From Phallusia mammillata (lineage: Eukaryota): a DNA stretch of 64,000 nt. Position 1 is the stretch's first letter, and every line of letters begins with the position of its first letter. The notes under the pieces were generated by a model. That model was not told where the DNA came from, did no database searches, and worked only from the letters and a program-made list of their open reading frames with translations. The DNA is taken from positions 17,794,001 to 17,858,000 of the forward strand of contig OZ281498.1 in assembly GCA_965637545.1 (NCBI GenBank), given 5' to 3'. The translations under genes and the position numbers were made by a program. Positions 12,752 through 27,600 of this stretch are shown piece after piece.

Positions 12752-15700
12752 GTAAGGTTCCGCATGTAATGCAAACGATGTACAAAGTAAATGTTTCACC
12801 TTTTACCATTTTTGGCATTTTTTTACCATTGCAACTAATGTAGATTTTTCAATTTTGGCCTTTGTTACAAACAGCCCGAAGATACCTCTTTTGCATTACA
12901 ACCAAAATTTATCTTTGTGTTTATAATTTCAGTTTTTTGTGATGTCAAAAATCAAATGTTACGTATTCGGTTCCTAAATAGCACATTTTGAAACCGGATT
13001 GTGTCAATATTCAAGTCGGAACCGGGTACGCGTAAACCCTTTTAGTTTGCCTTACTCCTGGTTCTACTTAGTCACCGCGTAGAGCCCCTTAAATCATACA
13101 AAAAGGTGGTATAGGCCGCTTTCTTCAATTTTTTTCGCAACGTTGTCATTTCACACCGTATCTCCTTCAGTGTTTGCTGTGTGAGTCAATTCCGCAACCC
13201 ACGCATTCAGTGACAACTGTTTCTGTTGAAATCTTTTGTTCCCGGTTTCGGTGACCCTATGTACACATCTATAGTAGGAACCGGTCTTTTTGCCGTGTTT
13301 CACATGGCGAAACCCTAAATAATGTGATGTATGTTCTATTGTGGCTTATGACTTCGAAAACCACTATCTTTTAGTTACCTTGTGTCGTTTTGACTAAAGT
13401 TTGATAACTCGCAGTGGTATTTGACATACGGTCGCTGGTATGAAATAGTCGTTTTTGACTGTTATTGTTTTTTCTTCAGTTAAAAAATTGAAATTAGAAC
13501 CTTTTTATTTGATTTTTTGATTAGTGGAGAAAAATGATTTTATTACAAAAAAGAAATTTAAGTATTTTGTTGAAAATGTTTCTGCCTAATAAAAGCTTTC
13601 AATTTCCAGTTGAGTAAAAAAAAACCTCAACAAACCATGTATTTTGGGGGTTGTCCGTTTCACCAAATGCGTGTAAAGTCACCCTTCTAACCGGGACAGC
13701 ATTAAGATTACAAAACCCTTAAAAATGCGTTAAGAATGCACATATTTTTTTTGTTTTTTTTAATGCAATAAATGTCACATCATTTCGCCAATGCACCGAA
13801 CATGTTTTACATTTGTGACATTTCCGACAACGACCTGTAATTGCAATTAATGGAATTACTCAGGTCACCAATCGTGTACTAATACAATTTTGTTTCGATT
13901 CCCTTGAAATTTATATTTTTGGTTGCGACCGCAAAAAAAGGTTAGATCGGCTGCCTGTTTGTTGAGGAACTAGGGTATCCATGACCAGAAAATGAACTTT
14001 TTGCAAGCTTTAATCTAAATCCGTCTGTAGAGTTTGTTTTTTTGGTACAATCTAAGCTTAGAAAAGTTTTGTGTGTGTTTTATTTGCTTTTAGCGTATCC
14101 ACATAGTGTTGCTGTTTTCGAAAATGTTTTCGTAATTTGCCTTTTTTGGACACGCAGATTCTGCAATTAAATTCAAAACACTGCAAAACGCAATATGTCT
14201 TGCGTGTTTATTCGACCAACAGGTTATATGAGCAAAGTTTTGCATTGCGAACTGGCCAAATAATTCTTAAATAATATGTGTACGATGAAGAACGTTTGCA
14301 TGTCCTACAAAGCCTTTATTGCATTTTTTGGTGATGGCATTAACCATTTTATGACATTTTTTACCAAGCCTATATTCACACCAAACTAGTGGCATAACAT
14401 ACAAGTTTTGACACTTCCTCCAACGACAAACAGGACCACACGCAAGTAATTAAATTTTAAACCAAAGCAAGTTTTGCAAACAGCCAATCAGCGTAGGCAA
14501 AGGCTGTGACGCACGCTGCTCAGGCAAAGATTAATTGTTCTGCTCAAAACTGTGCGATTGTATCATCAAGCGAACGCAGCTTTGTCGACAAACAGTCCTT
14601 ATCGTGCACCTTCCTTAATGCAATACAGCCTGACATACAAGGGCCGTCCATGCGGTCGCGGTGTGCTTGTGTTTACAATAACACTATAGCGTGTTTTTGA
14701 ACAACTTCGACAGTAAGAAAGCGGAATGTTGTCAGCTCAAATTTGCAGACGCTAGTTTTGGCTTACATTCAAACTTTCTACCTCCTATCTGATTTTAACA
14801 GTTTCCAAGCACTGTTGCCCTGCGCTCATATCGTCCTTATTTGTTGCCCCAACTGGCCATGACGTCATGTTTGCTTTGTGGAATGTTACCATTGTTGTGG
14901 TGCCTGTCTTTTAAGAAAAAGGTTCCTCTACATAAATTTGGGCCTAAATCTGTAATTCTTTAGTAATTTCGTGTTGCTGTCTCTGTTTTATCTGTAAACC
15001 TCAATCAAAAAACTTGTTGCTAGAATTTAAAAGTGCTTTCTGGTATAAAGGTGGTTGTGATTAAGTTTGTAGCTAAATATTAACGATAATCTTATTTAGA
15101 AATGAGGATTTTGTAGTTGAACTAACAAAATTCGTCTTGGTTACGCAATTTTTTAATCTTACACGAACAAAATGTCCACAGTGTGACTAAACTTAAACAT
15201 TATGTTTTTTTACATGTCACACTCGAGGCGAAAAGGACCGTTTTTTTACATGTTACACTCGAGGCGAAAACAAATTCAATTTATTCACAAACAAACCGAA
15301 TCAGTTTATGATTGATTTGTGAGGAAATACAGGAAGGACATGCCATTTCCACTGGCGTTTTATCCGTTCCTCTAAAGCCGTAGTTGATAAATTGATTTAC
15401 AGGCCCACCTACTTTACTGGTCTTGCCTGACCCCTATCACCGGTTTGTCGCGATTTGTTACAACGGCTTTTTGTTAGAGATTGATTAAGTCGTGTCTGTT
15501 GGACGGAAGAAATCTCTGTCCTGCTTCATGCCCTGTCATGTAACCTTTGCTTGTATTTTTATTAATTGTTATCCGTTCCGGGTGTTTTCAATGTGTTTTT
15601 GAAGAGAATTGGCTCAACTGAAATGACTATCCTTACTTTGTACGCTGTAAATTCACTTGACGATGCCAATTATGCTTGTACCTAATAAGCACTTTGTTCT

Positions 15701-16726
15701 AGCAGGTGTTCCGTGTTTCTTGAAAGGTTTATATTCTACAATTGAGTTGTTGTAATTGTAGTATGACAGGCTTTAAATGGTATGTTTGTCATTATGAAGA
15801 TGTGTAATCAAGACGCAAAAACCGCCACCGCGTCCAATTAGTTCTGAAATGTTGTTGCGTTGCTTGCTTACAATGGACAAATATAAAAAAGCATCATGTT
15901 GATTAATAAGTGAACTTTATTGCACGTTTGTCAACAGCAAAAAACAACACACAAAGAACCTCAATGTCCAATTAGTCCTTCATTACATTGACTCATGATC
16001 TATTAACAACGGATCTTAAAGGGCATTGAGCTAATTAAAAATATTTTACATCATTGTTTCTCACATGTCTTGAGGTGAACAGACTTAATGACAATCCAAA
16101 ATTTATTGCAGATGTTATAATCTCAAGATATTTTTTCTGTATTGTTTTTATGTTTTTGAAAAAAAAAAACTTCCTGCACACGTTTCAGATAAAACAAGTT
16201 CCAAAAATTTACTCCACACAACATTTGTACGGCAATGTTTTCAAATTGAAAATTTTAAAGATACATTTTTAACTGTTGGATTGTTGTCGTAAGTTCGCAA
16301 CGAGCTATTGGGTAAAGTCATGTACAAACCCATTCAACTCTTTAGAAATCTAAATCTTTATTTGTTACTACGTGAGATAATTTGTAATTTTTTTACGCGT
16401 ATTTGTATTCCATGTACAGGAATTGAGACTAAACCAACTACTTTGCTGTGCGTTTGAGCACTTAAAAAGTCCTTCCTAGTTTACACTTAAAAGGTTTCAC
16501 GTCTAATCATCGCTAATTAACAGCATCAGGGCACTTGACTCGTAGAATCGATTTCCAGTGATTTTGCCAATTTTCCACTCATTGGTGAGTGTAACGCCTT
16601 TTCCAGATCAAAATTATCCAATTCTCCGTACGTTTTGTTGTTCAAGCACCTCTTGGTTATGATCGCAGTCTAATTGGGACGTTTGTTCGCCTGTAAGCCG
16701 AAAATGGATGTGTCGGGTGTTGATTC

Positions 16727-16820
16727 ATGCAGGAAATGATCTTTAGGTTGTCACGACACGAAATGACTGTGACTGTTGAATTCTTGGTATCGGTTGCCAA
16801 GCACCTCCGTAGCAACACAG
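16727..16820 (+). CDS. Candidate alternative first exon (MQEMIFRLSRHEMTVTVEFLVSVAKHLRSNT)
   Basis: ATG 16727 after an in-frame TGA. Donor CAG|gtagac in phase 1 (this gene uses CAG|gtagaa at 53545). Confidence 0.2.
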
Positions 16821-19800
16821 GTAGACAACACGGAAAATGCACTACTAAATGCCAAAAATGCACAGAAATAAACATACAAATTTAAATAGCATTTATAGTT
16901 TCGTTTACAATAACAAATAAACGTACAAATATAAACCGTATTCATAATTTCGTTATGAACTGACAAAGGGTCGTTAACGGTGTAGTGTACATATTCCTGA
17001 AAACTACTTTCTTATTGGCTAAAAAATAACTTTTTTCTACCAACAATTACGCAAACAGTATATATTTTTCTGAATTCTACTAACTGGATATTCTTTTAGT
17101 TTAAAAATAATGAAATAAAACAAATCACCATAAAATAACAAAAAAAAAACGTTGACATATGCATCTCATTTAACACATCCAACACAATTACGCAGGAACA
17201 CACAAGAAATACACACTTTTACACCAACGCCGCTGCCAACATTCAGTGGCACATTAAACCAAATCATACATTACCCACGCAATCAACGTTAAAATAGATA
17301 ATTCACGAAAACACATAAGTACAGTCATGTACCCAACCCAACCCAACGACAGTGACCTCGTTTGACTCAAAAGGCCAATTTTCATAATGGTATCAAATCA
17401 GATTTGCGTCAAAGCCCACCCCGTACATTATTACTTGCGAGGTATTGTTGTTGGTCGCCGTCTTCACAAAGCCCATGTTTTTTGCGATAACATCGGTACA
17501 ACTTCCTGCGAGTGACTCAGTGCTCGTTATATCTGATGCCAAGGTGCCAATAGAGATTTTGCCGTAACCGACTCTTTGGCGTTGTATACGTTGGGCATTT
17601 TGTTTCTCTCTTAGTGTTGATGGTGAATGTGGCTTTTTCGTGCTGTGAAGAGATGCACAACTTCCCTTTTTTACTTCGATTTTTCCTGATCGCCCGTAAA
17701 CAAGATACGATAATAAATGGCGGTCGTTCGTCCGCTTTGTCAGCCGATAACGAATGTATCCGCTGGCGCTTTGCAGAATTTGCGCCACTATGGTTTGATA
17801 TATTTTGCGTTAACAAGGCTTTAGTTGACAAAGTTTTTCGTTTGTTACCGATTTAATAAAAAAGTTTAAATAGACGGTTGTACAGCTTATTAACTAATAA
17901 AATATAAGATTGTTTTATAAGATCAAATATCCAAAGATGCAGAAATCGTGGGTTCGATTTTGAATAAAATCGCTTGGTTCCTGCGTTTACTGAGCGCCTC
18001 TTAATACCTACCAAATTTAAACACAATCATTAATCAAGTGTTCCATAAATGATACTCATTTGACTAAAATATTTTCAGTACTCTGTCGGAACCAACAACA
18101 CGATGCTACTTCCATATTTGGTTTAGCCCATGAGCGCAACGTAATTGCCGGGTTAACCTGCCGTGTATGTTGTTCACGTACGTACGCTCAAGACGTTATA
18201 GGTATAATGGCCTTGACGTTTCGATGGCTTTGAACGCACGGGCAATGCCATAACCCACGTTTTTTGAAGTGAAGTGCACAATGATATGGAAAACGATTTT
18301 CATCTTAGGATCACACGTTGTTTATACGCTTTAGTGCCGATTTGATTTGAGCAATTTAGACATCTGTCTTTTGGTTTGGTAGAACGTTTTACGATAAATA
18401 CGTATTGCAAAATCCTAAGACAATAAGGCAATTAAAATCTTTAAACTGATTTTAATTGAACACAATTGCCTGAGGTAGCATGAAACATCTTGTAGTTTAA
18501 TTGCAAATCGTGCTTTAGTTTTTTTTTTCAATGCTACCAAAAATCTTTGGTTTGAAACAACCTGGTACGTTTTTTACTGTTAAGCATAATCTAGCAGATA
18601 ATCTTATAGCCAAGGTTGGTGAAAAAAGTCACTTTTGTCCAAGTTTGTGCATAATTTAAGGAAAATCTGACGTTGATACAAGGCGGTCGTTTTTTTTTTA
18701 CTTTTGTATATTTCCTTGCATATCTTTCCAAGTTTTGGGCGATTTGAATCAAACAATATTTTATCTGTTTGACCAAACGATTACGATACTTTTTGCATAG
18801 TCACTCCACAATTTACGTAAGTCTTCGGAACCACTTGATGATAGCCCGCTATTACCGGATCAGGGATTTTTTCTCCCCTTGGCTACTCAAAGATCGATTG
18901 TTAACTTGTAGCATTCGGTTGAATAAACAAAATTACAAGCTCGTTAAAGAGACAATCGCGCAATTATTTCGGAAACCTGCTGTACTTGATATATGAGGGG
19001 GGTAATTATGGAATAAAACGTGTTTTTCTGGAACAACGTGACGATTTATGTGTTGTCTCAACCTATCACATTAAATGTTACAAATATATTGCAGGCAGAT
19101 CATTGTTTTTCCGTCAACATTTAGGTTGAAAATTTCGCAACGTGTGTGCGACCGTTTATTGAATCTGGAATCAAATTTTCTTGTTTGTTTGTTCTTTCTG
19201 ATAGCTGTTGTATATTTTATGCAGGGTCTAATGCAGACATGTAGTTTTTGATGTCCAGTAATGGGAACAATGTCATTGCTCCGGACAGGCTAAATGCGCG
19301 TAAAATGTTTTGTTTTCATTCCTAACCTGCCATGCATCCATCATACAATCAATTACAGACAAATTCTGCATTTTATTCCGTTAATATTCCAAAAATATTT
19401 TTTGCTGAAATATCTTTAAGTCAATCGGGTTCGTTTTGTTTCGATCTCAGTATGTTACAGTTCTGCAGTTGTTTCTTTTGTACCTTAGTTTCTCTGCTAA
19501 CACATATGGCACATGAGGAAAAATGGTTTGTTTCGATTCAAATTTACATATACAAGAGTTAAATTGTCTCCAGTGTCTCGAGTAGTTTTCCACAAATGGC
19601 AATATGAGTGCTTTGACCTGTCTCGTTCGGAATTCGTTCTAGCGATGAGGTGCTCTTTACCTTGATAGTGATCGCGTGTTAGTCTCTACCTTCGTGGAAG
19701 TCTGCTCAGACTCGTGTACTGACCCACCGGTGATGACGTTGACACGGGCTGATAACACGTCATATGACCGCAAGTTCGACCACTAGAGAAGATTTTTCTT

Positions 19801-22800
19801 GGTTTTTGAGACCAAATAAGTGATGACCTTCAGAAACGAACCTGGCTATATTTGTAAGTCCCGTGTATGAAGTGCAAACGTTTTGTGAGTACGGAGCAAA
19901 ATATAGATCACCCTGCTGTGGAGGTCCTGCTGTCTATGTATGGACGCAGAAATGTCTGAAAGGATTATTTGTTTGTTTGTTTTAAATGTCTGAAGTGATT
20001 ATTTCACATTTTCTTCAATATCGACGACAGGAACAAAAATGTATTATTTGCAATACCAAGATGATCAAAAATAGGCAAAAGTCTCTTAAAACGGGTTGTT
20101 TTGTTGATTTCTGTAATTCGGAGTGGACCAAGCACCTTTTCTGGATCTTTTACGGACAGTTTAAGCGCAAAATGCAAGTTACCATTGTTTGGCATTTGCC
20201 CTTATACCGCTAAAAAAATTATATCAGTTATTATACCGCATTCAGAATATTTCATAACGTCACGTGAGAATTTTCAGTTTGGTGAAGAAAACGAGATTGA
20301 TTTCCAGTAAAAAAGAAGGTCACCAACGCAATTTAGGGCATTAAGCGTTACTGATTACTTGATTGTAAACCGATTAATTTCTGTGATAAACTGGCACAAC
20401 GCATTCACCTTTCTTGATGCATCTCAAATACCGGGCAGCTAACACATCTATCATAAGGTCAGCCTAATATGCAAATATCTCGTTGTTATGATGCTTATCC
20501 AGGTCACTTTTCGCTGGTGAACGATTGCGGCTTTAGTGTTGGTTCTCCCAAACCGTCAGAAAATTCTCGAAAAACAGGCGTCATTCGCACGAACCTGTAA
20601 ACAGCTGTCCTATAACTTCAAACCGCGTCTAATTGCATCCTGTTTTCACGACAGTGCAGACCGCAAGGGGATTTGTAATTCCCTAAAGCACCCCTTTGAA
20701 ACCGACAACGATCTTGTTTATAGCGTTTTCGGAACAGACCATGTTCCATTAGCCAAAGAAGGCTCTATATACCTAAGTAGATGCCCCAATTGGACATACA
20801 CATATATGCAAGCGCCATTTGAAATTCTGCAGTGTATACTCTGGACTGTTTGGAAAATATAGCTTTGAATCAATTACGGTTGAAAACAGAAGCCAAAAAA
20901 TGTCAGCATGTCAACCAGTTTGCTATTTTACGACGACAAAGGTTTTTACCCAATGCTCATGCACGTCATGTTTCAAACAGTTACATCTGTGGATGTTCGT
21001 CCTTTTTGCGACCCTAATGACACCGGAAGCCCGCCGAACTTTCGACGTAATCTCTGGCGTATGTCGCAACGCTGATCGTGATTTTCCCCGTAATCTTCGT
21101 GCTGTTTATGTTGCCAAACCAAGTCTGCTAAAAAGTTCGCAATCACCAAAGCCCACGCGTATGTGGGTTTTTGCGTAGCGCTGATAGCTCACGTACATAG
21201 GCTATTAACGTTAGAAAATAAAGTTATTTTGTTGCTTGTAGGATATTAAATTTGAGGTAAAATCCGAAAAAATAAAGATTCAATTAAATGTTATTGATGT
21301 ACACATCCTTTATACTTTGACTATATGTTTGGTGGTGAATAAGTGATTTTTTGGACAGTTTTGCAGCATAACAAACAATTGCCTTTGTGAAGTCAGTTGG
21401 CATATGCGTCTGAAAACCCAGGTAGTGATTTTTACTACATTGACATAAAAGTATTTTTTCCGTTCTTTTTCATGTTGTAAAATACTTTTATGTAAGATAT
21501 ATTGCGATCTGGTTAGAACCCGGGACAAAATCTATCCCAAAACGTTAAGCAAAGGGCATTGGTTACGTAATGTAAGGACCAATTATCCTAACATGCCTTG
21601 CCGGTTTTTGACACATGCCAAAATTAGGACGTATAACACTATACCACGCAGTCACGACTCATCAGATTTCAATAGGCGATTCTATCTTATAAAATTTCCA
21701 TCAAACCGTTCTTGACATCACACACCTCCGAACTTGAACCTATAAAATCGGGTCAATGGATTTTATTGGTTCTTTCCTAAACAATTTGCGCGCAATCTGC
21801 ACCAATTTTAAGCGATATCGCCTATGAGGATTATATGCGATCTAAAGATTCCGGTTTCTATCTTTGTCCCTTAAATTTTGACCCCTGGTGCAAGCGAGGA
21901 CCTTTTGAAAGTCCTTCTTTATCTGAATTGATCTGCGGATTTGTGTTTTGGCTACCATTACATAACTGTCGAATTTGTTTAGTTGCTGGCAGCCACAAAG
22001 CCTGTTAAGTGCCCTTGATGCGGTTGAAGCGATATCTGATAAAACTTTGAATATTTATGCAAGTGTGCATCATAAAAACATCATAAAAATCAACATCATA
22101 AAAAGCACTTTTACGTAACGCCTTATGAAGATATTTAGAAACAAGCTAGTTAGAAAAACGCCACAACTGTTATTGTTCAAAACCGATCAAAATGAGTATT
22201 GTTGCGAAACAAACTACAAAATTTGCAAGACTAATTGATGCTTCTGAATAAGAATCAGTCAACAAATAATCTCAAAACATTTATATTTCACCTATGTGCG
22301 CATCTTCAGTCGCTCTTTAAAACCAACGAGTCTAGAGGTAAAACAATATCAAGTAAACAAAATTTGCGAAGCGTTTTTTTTATTGCATTCTTTGTTATGC
22401 ACAGTATCTTTCTGATCACAAGAATTGTCATATAAATTGGACGCCCTATAAAAGGCGAACTCGACTGTTTCTTTTTCCACTTGGCGGCGCTACACTTTCA
22501 AGACATGCACAAGCACCAACCTCGTCTGTGTCCAAAAACACCTTCCCCTACCATATATTAATACTGATAGATTGTGTCCTCGGTTTCACGGTGTTGTCAT
22601 GTATTTCTATTTCTGGCTATTTTTGCCATGTATCGACTTTTGTTTCTAATTAGGAAATTGAATTGAATACGACCTTCGGAAGACCCCGTTCTTTGCTTCC
22701 TATGATTTGAGCATGTAGTTCCGGTACGTCTTTTACTTATCGTTTCCTATTTTGGTCCACTTGTGTGTATTTCGAGGTGTAACATAAGATGAAAGGTTAC

Positions 22801-23349
22801 AGTGAAATTACGCACGAATTTAGCGAAACTGTTGTTACTCATCGACGGTAGGACTAACAAGGTATTGGTGTTTAATCTGAAACTTTTGTGGTTCTCTGCA
22901 AAAAAGGATTTTAAAATTGGTAAAGTGTGCCAGTAAGAAAGAAATCATTTATTGCATTTAGTATAGCAGCATTATTTTGTTTATCCTAATTACTACCCCG
23001 TATAGCTGGGACTTTAAAATAATTTCATTTAGGCACTTTTTAAAAGGATACCACTACTCTGGTTTGAAGAATCTTTGAAGGCAACATCGAAGTAACGCTG
23101 AACAAAAATTTTGAAATCTTTAAAACGTTTATTGCATGAAGTTAAAACACAGATTATTTTTCGGTCTCACTCTGAAAACCTGTCAGCACCTTCTTGTAAA
23201 AAAGTGGTTGTTTGTTTGGTCTATAAAATTTTTAAATGTCACTACCTTAGAGTTTAATATATAGTAAATTGTAGCGCTGTTCAAACAAGTTTATGTGGAA
23301 TTTCTCTCATATTGTCGGAAGTTTGTAAAATTTACACACCAATCTCATG

Positions 23350-23600
23350 ATTACCACGTGACATCATGTTGTCCAAATGTCCCTTAGCAACGCTGTGACG
23401 TCACAAACGTTTCCGGAAGTCGTGTTTCCGCGTCCATTGACTGGTCACTTTCAGAAAAACCACCACGAATCCATGAATGGAAGCATTAGGCCACGTGACC
23501 GACGAGTCGCTGACGTCATCAAACCGGAAGCGATCAGGCGACTTTCCCAGGGTGCTTGTCACGTGAGCGGAGGGCCAAAGGTCGGTTTTGGGTGCGAATA
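23350..23600. promoter_or_regulatory. CRE/ETS/E-box cluster (candidate enhancer or promoter)
   Basis: Two TGACGTCA (23396, 23511), CCGGAAGT and CCGGAAG, and three CACGTG in a GC-rich patch. Confidence 0.5.
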
Positions 23601-24164
23601 CTTTTCGAAATATTGCCGGTTGTGGGTAATGTAGGAGAAGCTGCAATAAACACTCAATATTTTTGTATCCTCAGTTCCCCCAAGATTTAGCCAACTTTGT
23701 GCTGTTTATGTGATTTTTTATGTAAAAACATCCGGGGTTTGGCTTATTGTAGGCACGAAGCCAAAGACCACTTCTTAGGTATTGATTAATTATTCCTATT
23801 TTTTTCTGTTTTAAAATTACAATTCAATTTTCTCCAAACCAAGTAATGAAGTTTCTTGAGTCTTACAGATGTACAGAAATGCAATTTCCTGAAGACTGCG
23901 ATGTAAATTATTGCACAATGTTGCACAAGTTAAATCCCTAAATGTATTTTAAAAGCAACAATAGCTTGTATACCACTTAGTCTTATGACGTGCTACATTT
24001 CTGAAATGTATTTCGATTTCCAATCTTACGGACATCACGTTTCGCTTAATTTTCATCACGTAATTTTTAAGTGCTTTTTAAAAGAACTTTGTTAACCTGT
24101 GCTCTGACACATACTGTGATTGCGTCACATCTATGGGGTGATTTCCTTACTCGTCACCATAGTA

Positions 24165-24692
24165 CAGGGATGGCGAACCACTGACCCGCGGGTCACAAAG
24201 TGACCCACCACGTGAATTCTAGTGACCCACTTGTAGTTTTAAAAATTTATACTGATTACTATAGGTAGGGTTACCAGATTTCCAAGATTAAAAAGCAACA
24301 CAACAGTTAACTTAACGCTCTTTGCCACATTGCCTATTGTCTTAAAATACCGATTGTTGAGTCAATTGTGAGGCAACAGATGTGCTTATTTAAACGTAAA
24401 ACTTGAAACGATTTGTTGTACCTTTGTTGACGCTGTTCGGTTCCACATATTCATGCGAATCCTTGTTTTCACGCATGAATTTCATACAACCATGTTCCAG
24501 GAATCGTCTCAGCTCAGATATGACTGCTGCGTGTATTAAACTGAAAACTACCTAAGACTTGCAGAAAAGATGCAACAACAAGCATCTTAGCATTGACATT
24601 GACATACAATAAAATATGTGACCCACTTTGTTTTCTTTCCGAATTTTAATATCATGTTTGACCCATTCAACTAAAAAGGTTCGCCATTCCTG
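24165..24692. mobile_element. hAT-superfamily MITE
   Basis: TIR CAGGGATGGCGAACC / GGTTCGCCATTCCTG (14/15), perfect 8-bp TSD CCATAGTA, subterminal TGACCC repeats. Confidence 0.9.
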
Positions 24693-27600
24693 CCATAGTA
24701 GATATTATGTAAAGAATTTTTAATGCAATTTTGATGGGTGGGTGAAATGTACATAGATTGAACAAGTTGACGTCATTTATTCGTGGCTTGTCGTCATAAT
24801 ACGGTTGGTTCCTTTCTATTTTGAAACGCAAATTGATTTCACGTCTGAGGAATAATTGCATGGTTTCAATCCGATTTGTGAATATTTGTCGAAAGCGTGT
24901 TATTATTTTTATCCCAGACTTTGTACATCAAATACTTTATTCTGCTGTGTGGTGATTTTAGGGAAATACACGGTTTGACAGCTTTTACTTCTGTGTTCGA
25001 AACCTATTATTTGAGATATGTGATTTGTTCTATCTAAAGATTTACCATGGCGATATTAATGCTCAAAGAGAGGAAAGTAAAAAAATATGAAAACAAATAG
25101 TGCGTACAGATTTGGGTTTAAACTTTCATTTATATCAAACTTTCAAATCTTGGGCAAAATAGAAGAAAGAAATAGGTTTCATTTTATTCATTTCGTCCAT
25201 ATCTCATGCAACAAACGCCGTGGTATTGAAACGTAGCGGTTTAATCGATTTTGAACTTCAATACCAATAGCGTTTTTTTTTTCATTCTCTTTGCTATTAG
25301 CCGTACTTAGAGCGGTAAATATCGAAAACCCTGTCGATTTGGGGACATGGCGACCCTGGCCCTACAGTCTACAACCTTTTACGTTGAAAGGCCAATTGCC
25401 CAGCTCGACCCAAAAATAAGCCATCACCCCATGTTTGTCACTTCATAACTTGTTGTGCGGAAGTATACGTCATTCAAATGACGCACGTACGTCGCACGTA
25501 ACGTCAGATCGTTGACAGCAACTCCAATAACGCCTTGTCGTGCCCTCAGCTGATCACGCATTAGTCAATGAAAAGACTAAATGGTAGCTTGCATGCGGTT
25601 TGCTTTATAAATGTTTCCAAAAAAGTCATGCACGTTTTGCGTCAGTGCGTGAATCAGTTAAAATCGTTATCCTATTGTGTCTTACATTGGTCTTACGTCG
25701 TCACGTTACTTCAAAGCCATTGCCCGAAATAATTATTTTGAGTAAATCGTAAAGTTTTTATGGAGCAAAACGTGAGTAATGTCTGTCTGTTGCTCTTTTA
25801 AAGCGTTGAATGTTTGCCTTTACTTTACAGGGAGTATCGTTAAACGTTTAAATTTGATTAAATTCGCTGCATTTCTAGAGGGGACTTTTCTAAACCTAGC
25901 CATTCATAACTACAATACCAAACAGCGACTTCCCTCTGCAATAAATGTTTTAATTACATTAAAGTCAACAGAATAAATCCCGATCAGTATACACATCACA
26001 CTGCTGAAATTCTTCTTTTCCGACGTTTGTCAGAAAATGGAGGTCTGTTTTACCTACTTAATCCCATTTTAGAGTCATGCTGGATTTGTATCTGTATCTT
26101 CGAGGTCATTATATTCTATCTTTGTATAACCGACTTCTTACATACACAAGCATCCAATTTTCCTGAAACAGTTCCCTGTTGTATTATATATTCTGTCAAT
26201 AGAAGTAAACCGAAACATAGCGAGAACTTTAGTCTAGTTTTCCCTACTATTCATCAGTCTTCCGCTGCGAATGTCAAATTTGCTTATCGTAGGTGCTTGT
26301 CTTTCATGCGACCGCCAAAAGTAAAGATTTGAACGTACAATTGAACCTGAGTTGCGCAACTTGTGAACCGCGATTAGTCATTTACTTTTTGGGTAAACCG
26401 CAGGTGACGAATGTGTGTTTTGTCGTTTGCCCCACCCTTAAGCAACCAACCGCCGATTTGGTTGTTACTGTTCTCTGTCTGGGAACCCACGCAGTGGCAA
26501 ATGCAACAGTAAATTGTGATTAATCTGCAAGGTAGAAAAAGGTCACTAGGTATAGCCTAAATAGAACTTTTTTAAATGGGCCTGTACACTGCCAACGTTA
26601 GAAAGTGCTTCACATAATTTTTTTTGAATAACTTCAGTTTAGGTAAATTTGCACATTATTAACGAATATGGATAAATTAAATACCTTCCGACCAATGTTT
26701 GTAAAACCTAACCTTTCAAACACCCTAAATAACGACCACATAAAATTCAGAAAAGGGAGTTGCACATACTATCATTGCCGATGTGTTTGATGAATCCTAA
26801 AGTTTTTTTATATATATTAATAAGGAGTACAGACAAACAATCGCTTAATTTCCAGACAACATATGAAAACCTTACAACAACCCAAAAAACAACCACACAA
26901 AATTCGTAAAAAAGCTTTTTTCTGTTCTACCAACTATATCATCGCTTATGTGTGTTTGATACAGTGCTGGTAGTCAATAGACAGGACATGTCAATCACAA
27001 CTGTTAGTGGGAATTGTGATGCCCAATAGCCAGCTTCGTCATGTCATATCTTGGCGTTGAATGAAGCCTGGTATCCGCCATTCCAATTAGTCGATTTCAT
27101 ACAACGTAATAGCAAAGTATGAATGATTACAAAGTTCAGCACTCTGTCTTTTTGTCTTGCAATATTTCATATAGCTGAATAATTTTAAACTGAACAAAAT
27201 TGCCAGACTAATCAATACTTAGATGACCGCCCAGCAGAACTATAGACCGGTGAATGGACCCAAAAAGTTGAAGTATTCTGGTTAAATTTTTGTCTATTTG
27301 CTTAAATTCGTTTTTTGTGGGTAACATTTGTTTTTCCACACGCACTGAAAAGTAGTGTTTAAAAATAGCCTTATAGGTCCATTGATAACATGCGGTCGTA
27401 CCTTATTTATACTGAATCCAGTGACACGTATTTGTTTATAATCCAGTCTACAGACTCCGTTTTTGTTAAAAACTCAAGTTCTAGAAAAATATTAAGTCAT
27501 TCTTTCTTTTTTTCAAGATATATATATATATATATTTCGCTTTTACAGTATCATCAGTATTTGTAAGTGAACACACCACATCGGTGAAATTGTACGCATA

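Noticed and set aside
20537-20862. In-frame cassette or terminal exon (phase-1 acceptor at 20536)
   Set aside because: The pyrimidine tract and donor (A|gtagat) are weak, and there is no ACK-like motif.
21640-21670. Second hammerhead (minus-strand CUGAUGAGUCGUGAC)
   Set aside because: No GAAA or stem III follows. The CUGACGA...GAAAC near 38000 also lacks a valid stem II.
23377-23634. Coding alternative exon MSLSNAVTSQTFPEVVF...
   Set aside because: The open frame is explained by a GC-rich motif cluster. The only phase-1 donor (G|gtgctt) is poor.
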